Source: an uncultured cyanobacterium (GTDB lineage Bacteria; Cyanobacteriota; Cyanobacteriia; Cyanobacteriales; Nostocaceae). Taken from it: 64,000 nucleotides of DNA. The notes beneath the pieces are model-generated. The model saw nothing but the letters and a program-made list of their open reading frames with translations, did not search any database and had not been told where the DNA came from. The position numbers and the translations under genes were made by a program. Position 1 is the stretch's first letter, and each line of letters begins with the position of its first letter. The stretch is from assembly GCA_963706595.1 (NCBI GenBank), contig OY970166.1, forward strand, positions 5,408,001-5,472,000, in the 5' to 3' direction. Shown piece after piece: positions 12,381 through 22,398 of this stretch.

Positions 12381-12491
12381 ATGCGAGATCCACAGAAAAA
12401 CCATATTAAAATCGATCCGGCAACACTTGTTTTAATTGTGTCCGCCTTAATTCTCCTACCCCTGATACTTACTGGCTTTTTATCTCAGTGA
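12381..12491 (+). CDS. Putative 36-aa single-TM small protein (below the ORF-track cutoff)
   Basis: MRDPQKNHIKIDPATLVLIVSALILLPLILTGFLSQ. Confidence 0.5.
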   Translation: MRDPQKNHIKIDPATLVLIVSALILLPLILTGFLSQ

Positions 12492-12557
12492 ACCTCAAGC
12501 AGCCGGAACCTCACCCTGGTAAAGCTTATGCAAAACCTGTCCCTCTCCTTGGTAAGG

Positions 12558-12712
12558 CTACAGTGTACACACATCCTGACCCAAAGAGAGTTTCCAGCGC
12601 TAAAAACAAGATTTAATCAGAAATCTTGTTCCCCTCCTCGCTTGCGGGGAGGGGCTAGGGGTGGGGTTTTATGACGCAAAAGAGAATTTCCTGACTTGTG
12701 TGTACACCGTAG
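12558..12712. mobile_element. MITE (155 bp) with 16-bp terminal inverted repeats and a 10-11 bp target duplication
   Basis: CTACAGTGTACACACA...TGTGTGTACACCGTAG flanked on both sides by CCTTGGTAAG. Confidence 0.8.
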
Positions 12713-12753
12713 CCTTGGTAAGAAGAGGGTTTTGTTTATTACTCGAATGATAG

Positions 12754-12924
12754 CTACCTGGGTAAGACTTGCCGTAATGCGGCGAGAAGTTGGTCAACGC
12801 TTTCTGGGCGACTATTAAAACCCATCAGTCCCACGCGCCAAACTTGACCGGCGAGTTCACCCAGACCACCGCCAATTTCAATATTATGTTCATTGAGTAA
12901 CTGCCGCGCGATCGCTTTACCATC
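12754..12924 (-). pseudogene. C-terminal fragment of an alanine-glyoxylate/serine-pyruvate aminotransferase (class V PLP)
   Basis: Translates to DGKAIARQLLNEHNIEIGGGLGELAGQVWRVGLMGFNSRPESVDQLLAALRQVLPR*. Confidence 0.8.
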
Positions 12925-14244
12925 TACTATTAAGCAATATATAGAGAATCAAAAGAATGTTTAGTTATGGTTGCCAACAAATACTGATAAAAGCAGATCC
13001 TAATCTAGGAGGTATTTTAGAATTTGTGTGTGGGGAATCAGCTAAATTAAGTAACTGCGGAACATATTACGCAAGGCAACTGTACTTCAAAACAGGTAAA
13101 ATACCAAGCAAGTTTGATTTGCATAAGTTACTAAAAAGTAACCCGCATTTTCAAGCAATGTACTCTCACGTTGCCCAGCAATGCTGAACAACAGTCGCCG
13201 AGTCTTTCAAGTCTTATCTAGGATTGTTGAAAGCAGTAAGCACTGGTTCTGTAGAACAACATCCAAGGCTTCCAGGCTATCGCAAAGGTGGTTTAGCTTT
13301 GGCTACTTTCCCTCGTGCTGATATTAAATTAAAAAATGGTTTATTACGCTTCCCTCTTGGCAGCAAACTTAAGGCATGGTTTGGGCTAGATGCATTTTAT
13401 TTGCCAATGCCAACAAACTTAAAATTTTCAGACATTAGAGAAATACGTATATTGCCCCGCAATCAATGTTTTTACGCTGAATTTGTGTACAAAATGCCTG
13501 ATGCTCAGAAACCAATAGTTAATAAAGAGAATGTTTTAGGTATCGATCCCGGTATCAATAATTGGCTAACTTGCGTCTCGAATGTAGGAACTAGTTTTAT
13601 TATTGATGGCAAGCACTTAAAGTCACTGAACCAAAACTACAATAGACGGATATCAACATTAAAGGAAAATAAACCCCAAGGTTTTTGGTCTAAACAACTA
13701 GCACATATAACCGAAAAACGAAATCGCCAAGTACGCGACGGTGTAAACAAGGCAGCCCGTAAAGTGATTAAGCATTGCCTAGAAAATCAAATCGGCACAG
13801 TAATTTTTGGATGGAACAAAGGACAGCGCCAAGAAATAAATCTTGGTGCTAAAACTAATCAGAAATTTGTACAAATTCCTACAGCTAGGCTCAAAGACAG
13901 AATTGCTCAATTGTGCGATTATTATGGAATTAATTTTGTAGAGACAGAAGAAAGCTACACATCGAAGTCTTCGTTTCTAGATGGCGATTTGCTACCTACC
14001 ATCGGTGCAAAACCCGAAGGGTGGCAGCCATCTGGAAAAAGAGTTAATCGTGGATTATATCAGACTGCATCAGGTTATAAGTTGAATGCAGATGCGAATG
14101 GGGCTGCGAATATCATTCGCAAAGTAGCGATGAAATTAGGACTAGTTCTTGATGGAATCAGTAGGGTGTCTTTGTCAGCACCATTGAAACTTCGTTTGTG
14201 GAGTCTTCAAGAATCCCACGGCTTTTAGCCGTGGGTAGTGTCAA
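12923..14244 (+). mobile_element. Truncated IS200/IS605-family element: tnpA 3' stub, tnpB, right-end hairpin ending in TCAA
   Basis: STIKQYIENQKNV* TnpA-like tail overlapping the tnpB start; CCCACGGCT-TTT-AGCCGTGGG hairpin followed by TCAA at 14241-14244. Confidence 0.85.
12957..14228 (+). pseudogene. tnpB: RNA-guided nuclease TnpB with an in-frame TGA at 13185-13187
   Basis: ORFs 12957-13187 and 13224-14228 share one frame; LGIDPG, EESYTSK and NADANGAANI motifs. Confidence 0.88.
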
Positions 14245-14407
14245 TACAACTATAAGCTAAGTCAACTCCCCACTCATCCAAAAATATCGGCACACCACCC
14301 AAACTTGTGACTGTATCTACCAGCACCAAAGTCCCAAATTCACGGCACACCTCAGCCACTCCTTCTAAAGGTTGACGTGCGCCTGTAGAGGTTTCAGCGT
14401 GAACCAA
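14245..14407 (-). pseudogene. Internal fragment of the same class V aminotransferase
   Basis: VHAETSTG...VDTVTSLGG...DLAYSC, cut just before the expected SQK PLP lysine. Confidence 0.85.
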
Positions 14408-14457
14408 ATGTGGTTAATTACTTTTGACTTTTGACTTTTGACTTCCGCCTTGCGGTG

Positions 14458-15330
14458 CTAGCTGTCCTCTTCATCTTTGATGCGGATGCGGCGCTCAAAC
14501 AGCTCCTTAATTACCAGCGTTGCACCAGCCAGTCCCGCTAACACCACCGAAGCTGCAAAGGCACTTTGAGAATCGTAATTGCGATAAGCCCCTTCCACAT
14601 ATAGCGTCAGAGTTTGGGTACGGCCAATTAAATTACTAGAAACAACCGCAATCGCTCCATACTCTCCCATAGCGCGAGCCGTCGTCAGAATAATTCCATA
14701 GAACAGTCCCCAGCGAATCGAAGGTAGTGTGACGCGCCAAAAAATTTGCCACTCTCCAGCCCCCAAGGTTTTGGCAGCTTCTTCTTCTTGAGTACCCACT
14801 TCTTCCAATATGGGAATCACTTCACGAGCCACAAAGGGCATTCCCCCCATCATCGTCGCCAGAGCAATGGCGGGGAAGGAAAAGATAATCTTGATATCTA
14901 GGGACTGTAGCACAGGACCAAGTAGCCCATTGCGTCCATAGAGGGAAACCAGCATTAAACCTGCCACAATGGGCGAAATTGAAAAAGGCAAGTCAATAAT
15001 ACTTAGTAATAAAGTCCGCCCCCGAAACCGACGGCGAGCAATTACCCAAGCTGCACATAGTCCAAAAACTACGTTTAGCGGCACAGCTACTCCTACAGCC
15101 ATTGCTGTCAGACGTAAAGCCTGAGTAAAATCACGGCTGGTGAGAGTAGCGAAAAACGGGACAATTCCCCGACTAAAAGCTCCAATGAATACATAAAGGG
15201 TGGGAAGAAGCAAGACCAGCACTAAATAGCTCACTACTGCCCCAATCAAAGCAATTTTGCCCCACTCTCTACCCTTCTGTAACTTGACTCCGCCTGGGAG
15301 AGACTGGGTAGATTTAGGTTCAACCATCAT
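14458..15330 (-). CDS. cysW: Sulfate ABC transporter permease CysW
   Basis: DLPFSISPIVAG, FVAREVIP and ARAMGEYGA motifs. Confidence 0.92.
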   Translation of the reverse strand: MMVEPKSTQSLPGGVKLQKGREWGKIALIGAVVSYLVLVLLLPTLYVFIGAFSRGIVPFFATLTSRDFTQALRLTAMAVGVAVPLNVVFGLCAAWVIARRRFRGRTLLLSIIDLPFSISPIVAGLMLVSLYGRNGLLGPVLQSLDIKIIFSFPAIALATMMGGMPFVAREVIPILEEVGTQEEEAAKTLGAGEWQIFWRVTLPSIRWGLFYGIILTTARAMGEYGAIAVVSSNLIGRTQTLTLYVEGAYRNYDSQSAFAASVVLAGLAGATLVIKELFERRIRIKDEEDS

Positions 15331-16171
15331 GGCGTTGCCTCCAAGCTTGCAATAAGTTCACCATCAGCAACAGTACCAGGGAAATCAGCAGTAATACCGT
15401 GCCAATAGCGGTAGCTCCAGCCATATCGTTTTGCTCTAGGCGCTGGAATACTAGGATGGGGGCAATTAAATCTTGATAGGGAATATTAGCCGCAATCAAG
15501 ACCACTGAGCCATATTCTCCCACTGCACGGGCAAAAGCTTGGGTTGTACCTGTGAGGATGGCAGGTATAAGCGGCGGCAGCACCACCCGCCAACAAGTTT
15601 CCCATTGGGAAGCTCCCAGAGACCAAGCAGCTTCTTCAATGGAATGGTCTAGCTCTTGCAGTACAGGCTGCACGCTACGAACCACAAAAGGCACAGAAAT
15701 AAATACCATCGCCACCGCTACCCCCAGGCGAGTGAAAGAAACCCTAATGCCAAAGGGAGTAAGAAATGAGCCAATCCAGCCTTGCTCGCTGTAAACTGTG
15801 GTGAGGGTGATACCTGCTACTGCCGTGGGTAGGGCAAAGGGCAGGTCAATCACGGCATCGAAAACCCGCTTCAAGGGGAAGTCGTAGCGCACCAGCACCC
15901 AGGCGGTAGCAGTGCCAGCTACGCAGTTAATCGCGGCTGCAAAGAAGGCCGTGACAAAGGTGATGTTATAGGTTGATAGGGCAACCGGGTCCGTAGCCAA
16001 CCGCCAAAACTCGGCAGGTGATAGGGTTGCGGCTCGCACCATCAAGGCGGCGACAGGCAGCAGTAGGACGATGGAGATATAGGTAATGGTGACTCCCCAC
16101 GGCAAAGAAAAGCGCTTGAGCCAATTCTTGGGCGCTGAGGAGAAGGTAGAGTGTGTAGGGGAAACTGTCAT
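15320..16171 (-). CDS. cysT: Sulfate ABC transporter permease CysT
   Basis: DLPFALPTAVAG, EEAAWSLGA and FARAVGEYGSV motifs. Confidence 0.92.
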   Translation of the reverse strand: MTVSPTHSTFSSAPKNWLKRFSLPWGVTITYISIVLLLPVAALMVRAATLSPAEFWRLATDPVALSTYNITFVTAFFAAAINCVAGTATAWVLVRYDFPLKRVFDAVIDLPFALPTAVAGITLTTVYSEQGWIGSFLTPFGIRVSFTRLGVAVAMVFISVPFVVRSVQPVLQELDHSIEEAAWSLGASQWETCWRVVLPPLIPAILTGTTQAFARAVGEYGSVVLIAANIPYQDLIAPILVFQRLEQNDMAGATAIGTVLLLISLVLLLMVNLLQAWRQRHDG

Positions 16172-16282
16172 GGATTCAGAATATAAGTTATGTTTGGAGC
16201 AAACAAATACATATCATGATTTATCGGCGTTTATCGGCGTTTATCAGCGTTTAACTATTCTTATTCAGATTTTCCTCCAGTC

Positions 16283-17356
16283 CTAGCGGCGAATAATATT
16301 GGCTTGGATGTCGTCAAAAATTGCGCCATCGGCAAAGAATTTGGGGCTGACTTGACTCCAACCGCCAAAGTCGTCGATGGTAAACAGGTTAGAGATTTTG
16401 GGATAAGTATCAGCAAATTCCGCTACTACTTCGGGTATCACAGATCGAAAGCCCACTTTGGCAAATTCGCGCTGGGCTTCGGGAGTGAAGAGAAACTGCA
16501 CAAAGGCTTCTGCGACTTCGCGGGTTCCTCGCTTGTCAACATAGCTATCTACTACGGCAATGGGGTTATCAATGGAAATATTAATTTCGGGAACTACGTA
16601 AGGTAGATTCTGTCCCTGCTGTTTAGCCAAGATGACTTCGTTTTCATAGTTGATCAGCGCATCTCCCTGTTTTTGGACGAAGAATGCATCAGTGGCTTCG
16701 CGGGCATCTCTTGGTAAAACTGGCACATTGCCGTAGACTTTAGTCACAAAAGCTTGGGCTTGTTCTTCACTGCCGCCTGTTTTGGTAACTTTCCCCCACA
16801 AGGCCATGTAGTTCCAACGAGCGCCGCCGGAGGTTTTGGGGTTGGCGGTGATGACGCTGACATCATCGCGGGCTAAATCGTCCCAGCCTTGAATATTTTT
16901 GGGGTTGCCTTCACGGGTAACAATTACGCCCACTGAGCGGTGAACAATTCCGTCGCCGTTGGGGGTCTTTTTCTCCCAGCCTGGTTGAATCAGTCCAGCA
17001 TCCTGGATTTGTAAGGTGTCTGCTGATAGGGCTAGGGCTACTATGTCGGCTTCTAAGCCGTCAATTACAGCGCGAGTTTGAGAGCCTGAGCCGCCGTAGC
17101 TTTGACCAAAGGTGACGGTCTGTCCGGTTTTTTCTAGCCACTGTTTGGCGAACAAGGGAATGATGTTTTGATATGCGGCACGGGTGACGGCGTAGCTCAC
17201 TAGGGTAAGTTCTTTTCTTCCCCCAGCACTACCAGTATCTTCAGGAGAAGGAGAGCAGGCTGCGAGGGTAGCACTTAAGCTGAATCCTACCAAAAATAGC
17301 GAAATAAAGCTTTTTAAAGGCGTGTGTTTCCATTGATTCCAATTATCCTGCCACAT
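16283..17356 (-). CDS. sbp: Sulfate ABC transporter substrate-binding lipoprotein
   Basis: LAAC lipobox; SYGGSGSQ, NPKTSGGARWN and YENE motifs. Confidence 0.92.
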   Translation of the reverse strand: MWQDNWNQWKHTPLKSFISLFLVGFSLSATLAACSPSPEDTGSAGGRKELTLVSYAVTRAAYQNIIPLFAKQWLEKTGQTVTFGQSYGGSGSQTRAVIDGLEADIVALALSADTLQIQDAGLIQPGWEKKTPNGDGIVHRSVGVIVTREGNPKNIQGWDDLARDDVSVITANPKTSGGARWNYMALWGKVTKTGGSEEQAQAFVTKVYGNVPVLPRDAREATDAFFVQKQGDALINYENEVILAKQQGQNLPYVVPEINISIDNPIAVVDSYVDKRGTREVAEAFVQFLFTPEAQREFAKVGFRSVIPEVVAEFADTYPKISNLFTIDDFGGWSQVSPKFFADGAIFDDIQANIIRR

Positions 17357-17590
17357 ACCGACCTGATGCTCCTGAGTTTAAATCTACAGTTAATCGATGA
17401 AGATTAAGTATTTTAGGGTTTAGTCATAGATATTACAGATAACTCTGTGAAATAGCAAGATAATCACCATATTCTTGACTGAGATTATGGTGATTAAATT
17501 ACATTATTAAAAATTACTTAGATATGGGGAAATTTTTAATTTTTAATTTTTTTTTATGATATGGTTATCGGTCGTTTTTATCATGTTGAT

Positions 17591-18340
17591 CTAGACTGTC
17601 CCAAATCTGCGCTCTCGTTGTTGGTAGGCGCACAAGGCGCGGTGAAACTCAGTCCGGTCAAAATCTGGCCACAGAGCATCAGTGATATAAATTTCCCCAT
17701 AGGCCATTTGCCAGAGGAGGAAATTTGAAAGCCGCATTTCGCCACTGGTACGGATTAATAAGTCGGGGTCGGTAATTCCGGCTGTGTATAGGTGACGCTC
17801 AAACAACTGTTCATCGATTTGATCAGGTTGAATTAGACCTTGCTGGACTTTTTGAGCGATCGCCCGACAAGCTTGTAAAATTTCCTGCCGTCCGCCATAA
17901 TTAGTAGCGACCGTAAAGCGAATAGCACGATTATGGCTCGTTTCTGCCATGGAACGGGAGATTTCGGCTTGAAGCGATCGCGGCAAAGCATCCAAATTGC
18001 CCACAAACTGGATTTGCACATTTTCCTCGACCATTTCCCGCAGTTCTTGGCGGAGAACCCTTTGAAACAGAGTCATCAAAAAATCTACTTCTTCCTGGGG
18101 TCGTTTCCAGTTCTCAGTCGAAAAAGCATAAGCCGTTAGTGCCTGAATGCCCCAATCTTTGCAACAGTGCAGTAAATCCTTGAGAGCATCTACTCCTCGC
18201 TTATGTCCCATAATTCTGGGTAGACCTTGACGTTTAGCCCAGCGACCATTGCCATCCATAATCACTGCAACGTGCTTTGGCAGTAGTTCTCGTTTTAAGT
18301 CAGAGGGTAAATTTTGCAATTCAGTTTGTTGTGCTGTCAT
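17591..18340 (-). CDS. uppS: Undecaprenyl diphosphate synthase
   Basis: [15 protein letters not shown] and [16 protein letters not shown] motifs. Confidence 0.95.
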   Translation of the reverse strand: MTAQQTELQNLPSDLKRELLPKHVAVIMDGNGRWAKRQGLPRIMGHKRGVDALKDLLHCCKDWGIQALTAYAFSTENWKRPQEEVDFLMTLFQRVLRQELREMVEENVQIQFVGNLDALPRSLQAEISRSMAETSHNRAIRFTVATNYGGRQEILQACRAIAQKVQQGLIQPDQIDEQLFERHLYTAGITDPDLLIRTSGEMRLSNFLLWQMAYGEIYITDALWPDFDRTEFHRALCAYQQRERRFGTV

Positions 18341-19260
18341 TTTTTATTGCGAGAAGCGGTCGATGGTAATCCCAGTAAACGTGAAACTAATCCTATTGCC
18401 TTACGACCCACCTGAAGACCCAAACCCAACAGACTAGGAGCCACAGCTTCCCGGTCTACAGTTGGTGATAATCGAGCATCTAAGGACTCTTTGAGTGTCC
18501 TAATGGTCAATGGTCTATTGAGATTTCCTCGTTCTGCTAAGGAAATAGAACCCGTTTCTTCTGATACAACGACACAGATACAATTTTCGACCCGTTCAGT
18601 AATTCCCATTGCTGCCCGATGGCGTGTTCCCAACTGGCGCGAGGCTGTGCGTCCCGAAAGTGGTAAAATTATACCTGATGAAACAATCCGCGAGCCACGG
18701 ATTAAGGTTGCCCCATCGTGCAGTAAAGTTTTTGGCTGAAAAATTGTCTGAATCAGTTCCTTAGAAACATCAGCATTCAGCTTAACCCCCGGCACAGAAA
18801 AATCGCGCTCGTGAATCGGACCAGTTGTTTCCAAAATCAGCAAAGCTCCGATGCGGTTTTTGGAAAGTTCTTTAACCGCATCCACAATTTCATCAATCAC
18901 ACTATCAGACTTAGGGATTGTTAAACTGGATGGCTTAAATAACTGCTGAAATTCACCACGTCCCACTTGCTCCAAAAATCGGCGAAACTCTGACTGGAGA
19001 GCAACTGCCATCGCCACAGCGCAGCCAATCACCAACTTTTCTAGAACAAAATTTAACAGTGGTAGACCCATTCTGCCACTGATGGCTGAGGCTAACATCA
19101 AGATAATAAAACCCCGCACCATCCACAGTGTTCGGCGCTCACTAATAATAACTAGTATCATATAAGTCAGCGCCAACACCAACAAGATATCCAGAGTCCC
19201 AAGCAGCAAGGACTGCGACCATCCCAGGTTTGTCAGCCATTGCTTCCACGAATCTCTCAT
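18337..19260 (-). CDS. cdaA: Diadenylate cyclase
   Basis: N-terminal TM helices; LHDGA and GTRHRAA DAC motifs; lysA-cdaA-uppS order. Confidence 0.93.
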   Translation of the reverse strand: MRDSWKQWLTNLGWSQSLLLGTLDILLVLALTYMILVIISERRTLWMVRGFIILMLASAISGRMGLPLLNFVLEKLVIGCAVAMAVALQSEFRRFLEQVGRGEFQQLFKPSSLTIPKSDSVIDEIVDAVKELSKNRIGALLILETTGPIHERDFSVPGVKLNADVSKELIQTIFQPKTLLHDGATLIRGSRIVSSGIILPLSGRTASRQLGTRHRAAMGITERVENCICVVVSEETGSISLAERGNLNRPLTIRTLKESLDARLSPTVDREAVAPSLLGLGLQVGRKAIGLVSRLLGLPSTASRNKK

Positions 19261-19499
19261 GACATCTGGATTACTCTTTGTTCTCCCTTAATATTGTGCA
19301 TTGCGCTGTTATTTTCATGCCCCAAAGGTTGACGATTGAGGAATCAGCGAGTGAACAGTTATCAGTTATCAGTTATCAGTTATCAGTTTTATGACTAATG
19401 AAAGACCACACCAATTAGTGAAAACTTTGGTGGCGGGTTCAAATTCCTCACATACGCCAGTTAACTGTTCACTGTTAACTGTTCACTGATTTGAGCTTG

Positions 19500-20917
19500 T
19501 TACTTCTGCACGTTGAGTCTGTCTGGTAAACAATCTTGTCGAATCAAGTCCTGATAACTTTCGCGACGCAAAATTAAATTGGCCTCGCCATTGGCAACTA
19601 CAACAGCTGCCTGGCCGGGGTAAGCGATTATAGTTAGATGACATACTGTAATTGTACGCACCAGTTCCCATAATTACCAGAATATCCCCAGGTTCAGTTT
19701 TGGGCAGTTGGGCATTTTTAATCAGTATATCCCCTGATTCACAATGCTTACCAGCAATTGTGACTGTTTCTGTGAGCGGAGCAGACAACTTGTTGGCAAC
19801 GACTGCACGATAAACTGATTGGTAAGTAATTGGTCGGGGATTATCAGACATACCGCCATCAACTGACACGTAAGTACGAATTTCCGGTACGACTTTCGAT
19901 GATCCAATAGTATAAGCCGTGATGCAGGCTGTGGCAATAAGCGATCGCCCTGGTTCACACAACAATTTTGGCAAAGGTAGATTTGCGGCTGTACAAGCTG
20001 ATTGAATGACTTCACAAATCGCCTTCACCCATTCTGCAATACTGGGGGGATCATCAGATTCGGTGTACCTAATTCCCAAACCACCACCAACATTTAATTC
20101 TGTGACGGTTAAACCGTAATTTGCCGCCTTCTCTAACCACTGCACCATGACAGCCGCCAAATCGCGATGGGGTTGGCGTTCAAAAATTTGGGAACCAATG
20201 TGAGCGTGTAACCCTACGCAGTTTAAGGAAGGTTGCTGACTGACAAAGGTAAATACTTCGTCTAAATCATTGGGATCAAAACCAAATTTACTATCTAAAT
20301 GTCCGGTGCGAATGTATTCGTGAGTATGGCATTCAATCCCTGGTGTTAACCGCAACATGATGCGAATGGGGGAAGATGTACTTGGTGCTTGCTTCTGCCA
20401 TCTCCACCAAAGTCCGCAGTTCTTGCCAGTTATCCGCCACAATGGTTGAACCAGATTCGATGGCTAAAGCCAGTTCTTCACGAGATTTATTATTACCGTG
20501 CAAGTAGAGTTTGTCAGGACTAACACCAGCATTCAGGGCTGTGTAAAGTTCGCCGCCTGAAACTATATCTATTCCTAAACCTTCAGATGCTGCGATCGCG
20601 CAAACAGCTAAACAATTCCAGGCTTTTGAGGCGTATAATACCTGAGATTCTCCCTGGTAATATTCCTTAAATGTATCCCGATATTGCTGACAAGCTAAAC
20701 GCAGCGTTTCTTCATCTAAAATGTACAAAGGCGAACCAAACTGCTCCACTAGGGTTGTGACATCACACCCACCAATTTCCAGGATGTCTTGACTATTAAC
20801 TTTGGCGGTCAAAGGCAAAAGTTCTTGATTGGGCGAAACATTTGCGTTTTGGCTGCGCCTTTGAGGTAAATACTGACTACCAGTATGTTGAACCTCCGTG
20901 GGGTGAGTCGATACCAT
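19500..20917 (-). pseudogene. lysA: Diaminopimelate decarboxylase with two +1 frameshifts (about 20398 and 19610); likely sequencing errors
   Basis: YASKA, HGNNKS, HAHIGSQ, EPGR and GKHCESGD motifs; removing one base at each site gives a full-length gene ending ...DLIRQDCLPDRLNVQK*. Confidence 0.88.
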
Positions 20918-21025
20918 AGTTTTTATAAATTTTCCTTGCTCAAAGTTCAAAGTGTTTTGGGCGTGGCGTAAGAAAGTGTCCCGATTCTCAGTTTACCGAA
21001 AATATCGCGAGAACAGAAGATATGC

Positions 21026-21314
21026 CCCAGAAGAGGCAGGGGAGCAGGGCGCACCGGAGCAAGGGGGAGTGAAGAGGCAGGGGAGCAGGGACCAGGGAGC
21101 AAGGGGGAGTAAGAAATTACTTTAAACTTCCGCTTACTTCACAACCATTCCTCTTCTCCCCTGCCCCCTGCACCCTGCCCCCGTTCCTCTTCTCCCCTGC
21201 CCCCTGCACCCTGCCCCCATTCCTCTTCTCCCCTGCCCCCTGCACCCTGCCCCCGTTCCTCTTCTCCCCTGCCCCCTGCACCCTGCCCCCATTCCTCTTC
21301 TCCCCACTCCCCAC
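21026..21314 (+). repeat. Composite dispersed repeat containing a 36-bp tandem array (about 4.5 units from 21145)
   Basis: Unit CC(A/G)TTCCTCTTCTCCCCTGCCCCCTGCACCCTGCCC; the core recurs inverted at about 39270-39415. Confidence 0.85.
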
Positions 21315-21318
21315 AACC

Positions 21319-21865
21319 GTGACCTCATTAGAATTAAAACTGAAAACACTGACTTCAGATGAATCTGAGTGCAATTCTGGAACTAGATATAGCCTGTTTT
21401 GGCGGTTTGTGGACTCTGGAGGGCTACCAAAGAGAGTTAGACAGTCCTAACAGTGAATTATTGGGTTTGTTTTCTCCGCTTGCTCCGTCAAAACTGCTAG
21501 GATTGGGCTGTTTTTGGGCAATTTTAGACGAAGCGCACATTACAATTTTGGCGATTCATCCCCAATATCACCGTCAAGGGTTGGGGCAGGTTTTACTATA
21601 TTCTTTGCTGAAGGCTGCTTGCGATCGCGGCTTAGAGCGAGCTACCCTCGAAGTTCGAGCTTCTAATTTAGCGGCTATATCTTTATATCAAAAATTTGGC
21701 TTCAAAATAGCGGGGCGGCGGAAGGGTTATTACCAAGATAATGGCGAGGATGCTTTGGTGCTGTGGCTCTCAGATTTACAATATCCTCAGTTTACAGAAA
21801 CTTTGGAAAATTGGCATAGTAATGTGAGCGATCGCTTGCGCCAGTCTTTTTGGCAGATGCTTTAA
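21319..21865 (+). CDS. rimI: Ribosomal protein alanine N-acetyltransferase; apparent +1 frameshift near 21360 separates the GTG start from the body
   Basis: EAHITILAI, LEVRASN, LYQKFGF and RRKGYYQDNGEDA motifs; upstream frame reads MTSLELKLKTLTSD. Confidence 0.85.
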
Positions 21866-22398
21866 GTCATACAATTTTGGATTTTAGATTTTAGATTTTA
21901 GATTTTGGTTCGACTCCCAGATTTATCTGTGAGCTTATACGACTCAGGAAGTATTAGTCCCTAGTTCCCAGTCATTGTTTGTTGGGCGGTGAAAATCAGC
22001 AAACCGCGATCAGGATCACATTAATGAGAAAAAATTCAGGTTTCCGGGAAAATCATTCATGAGAATATTTAATCAATAAAAAAGTTTAATTTAGTAAAAC
22101 ATATATGTTGGTGAGATTCTTGACTAAAGCATGATGAATATGTTAAAAGTGAATGTTTGTAAATGGTTAAACAAATCCTTAACCATAGTGGCCTGTTGCA
22201 TAGGAGTTAAGCCCAGAAACACTGGTAAACTCAAGCCCCTCAGTATAGCAACCACATAAAAAGTAATAAACAATTAACAACTACGCCATCATAGTCGGCG
22301 AAACTTTTTGGTCGCCTATAATCTTTATACAGGCATCCAAAAGCCGAGCCTGTGCTAAAATCAGCATACCGGCACGACGCAGGTGATGGGAAAAATGT

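Noticed and set aside
21145..21314. 36-bp periodic array as a CRISPR
   Set aside because: Units are contiguous with no unique spacers and no cas genes nearby; it is a tandem repeat
21117..21374. Repeat-encoded ORFs 21117-21374 and 21134-21349 (also 39193-39492)
   Set aside because: Open only because GC-rich repeats lack stop codons; no protein-like features
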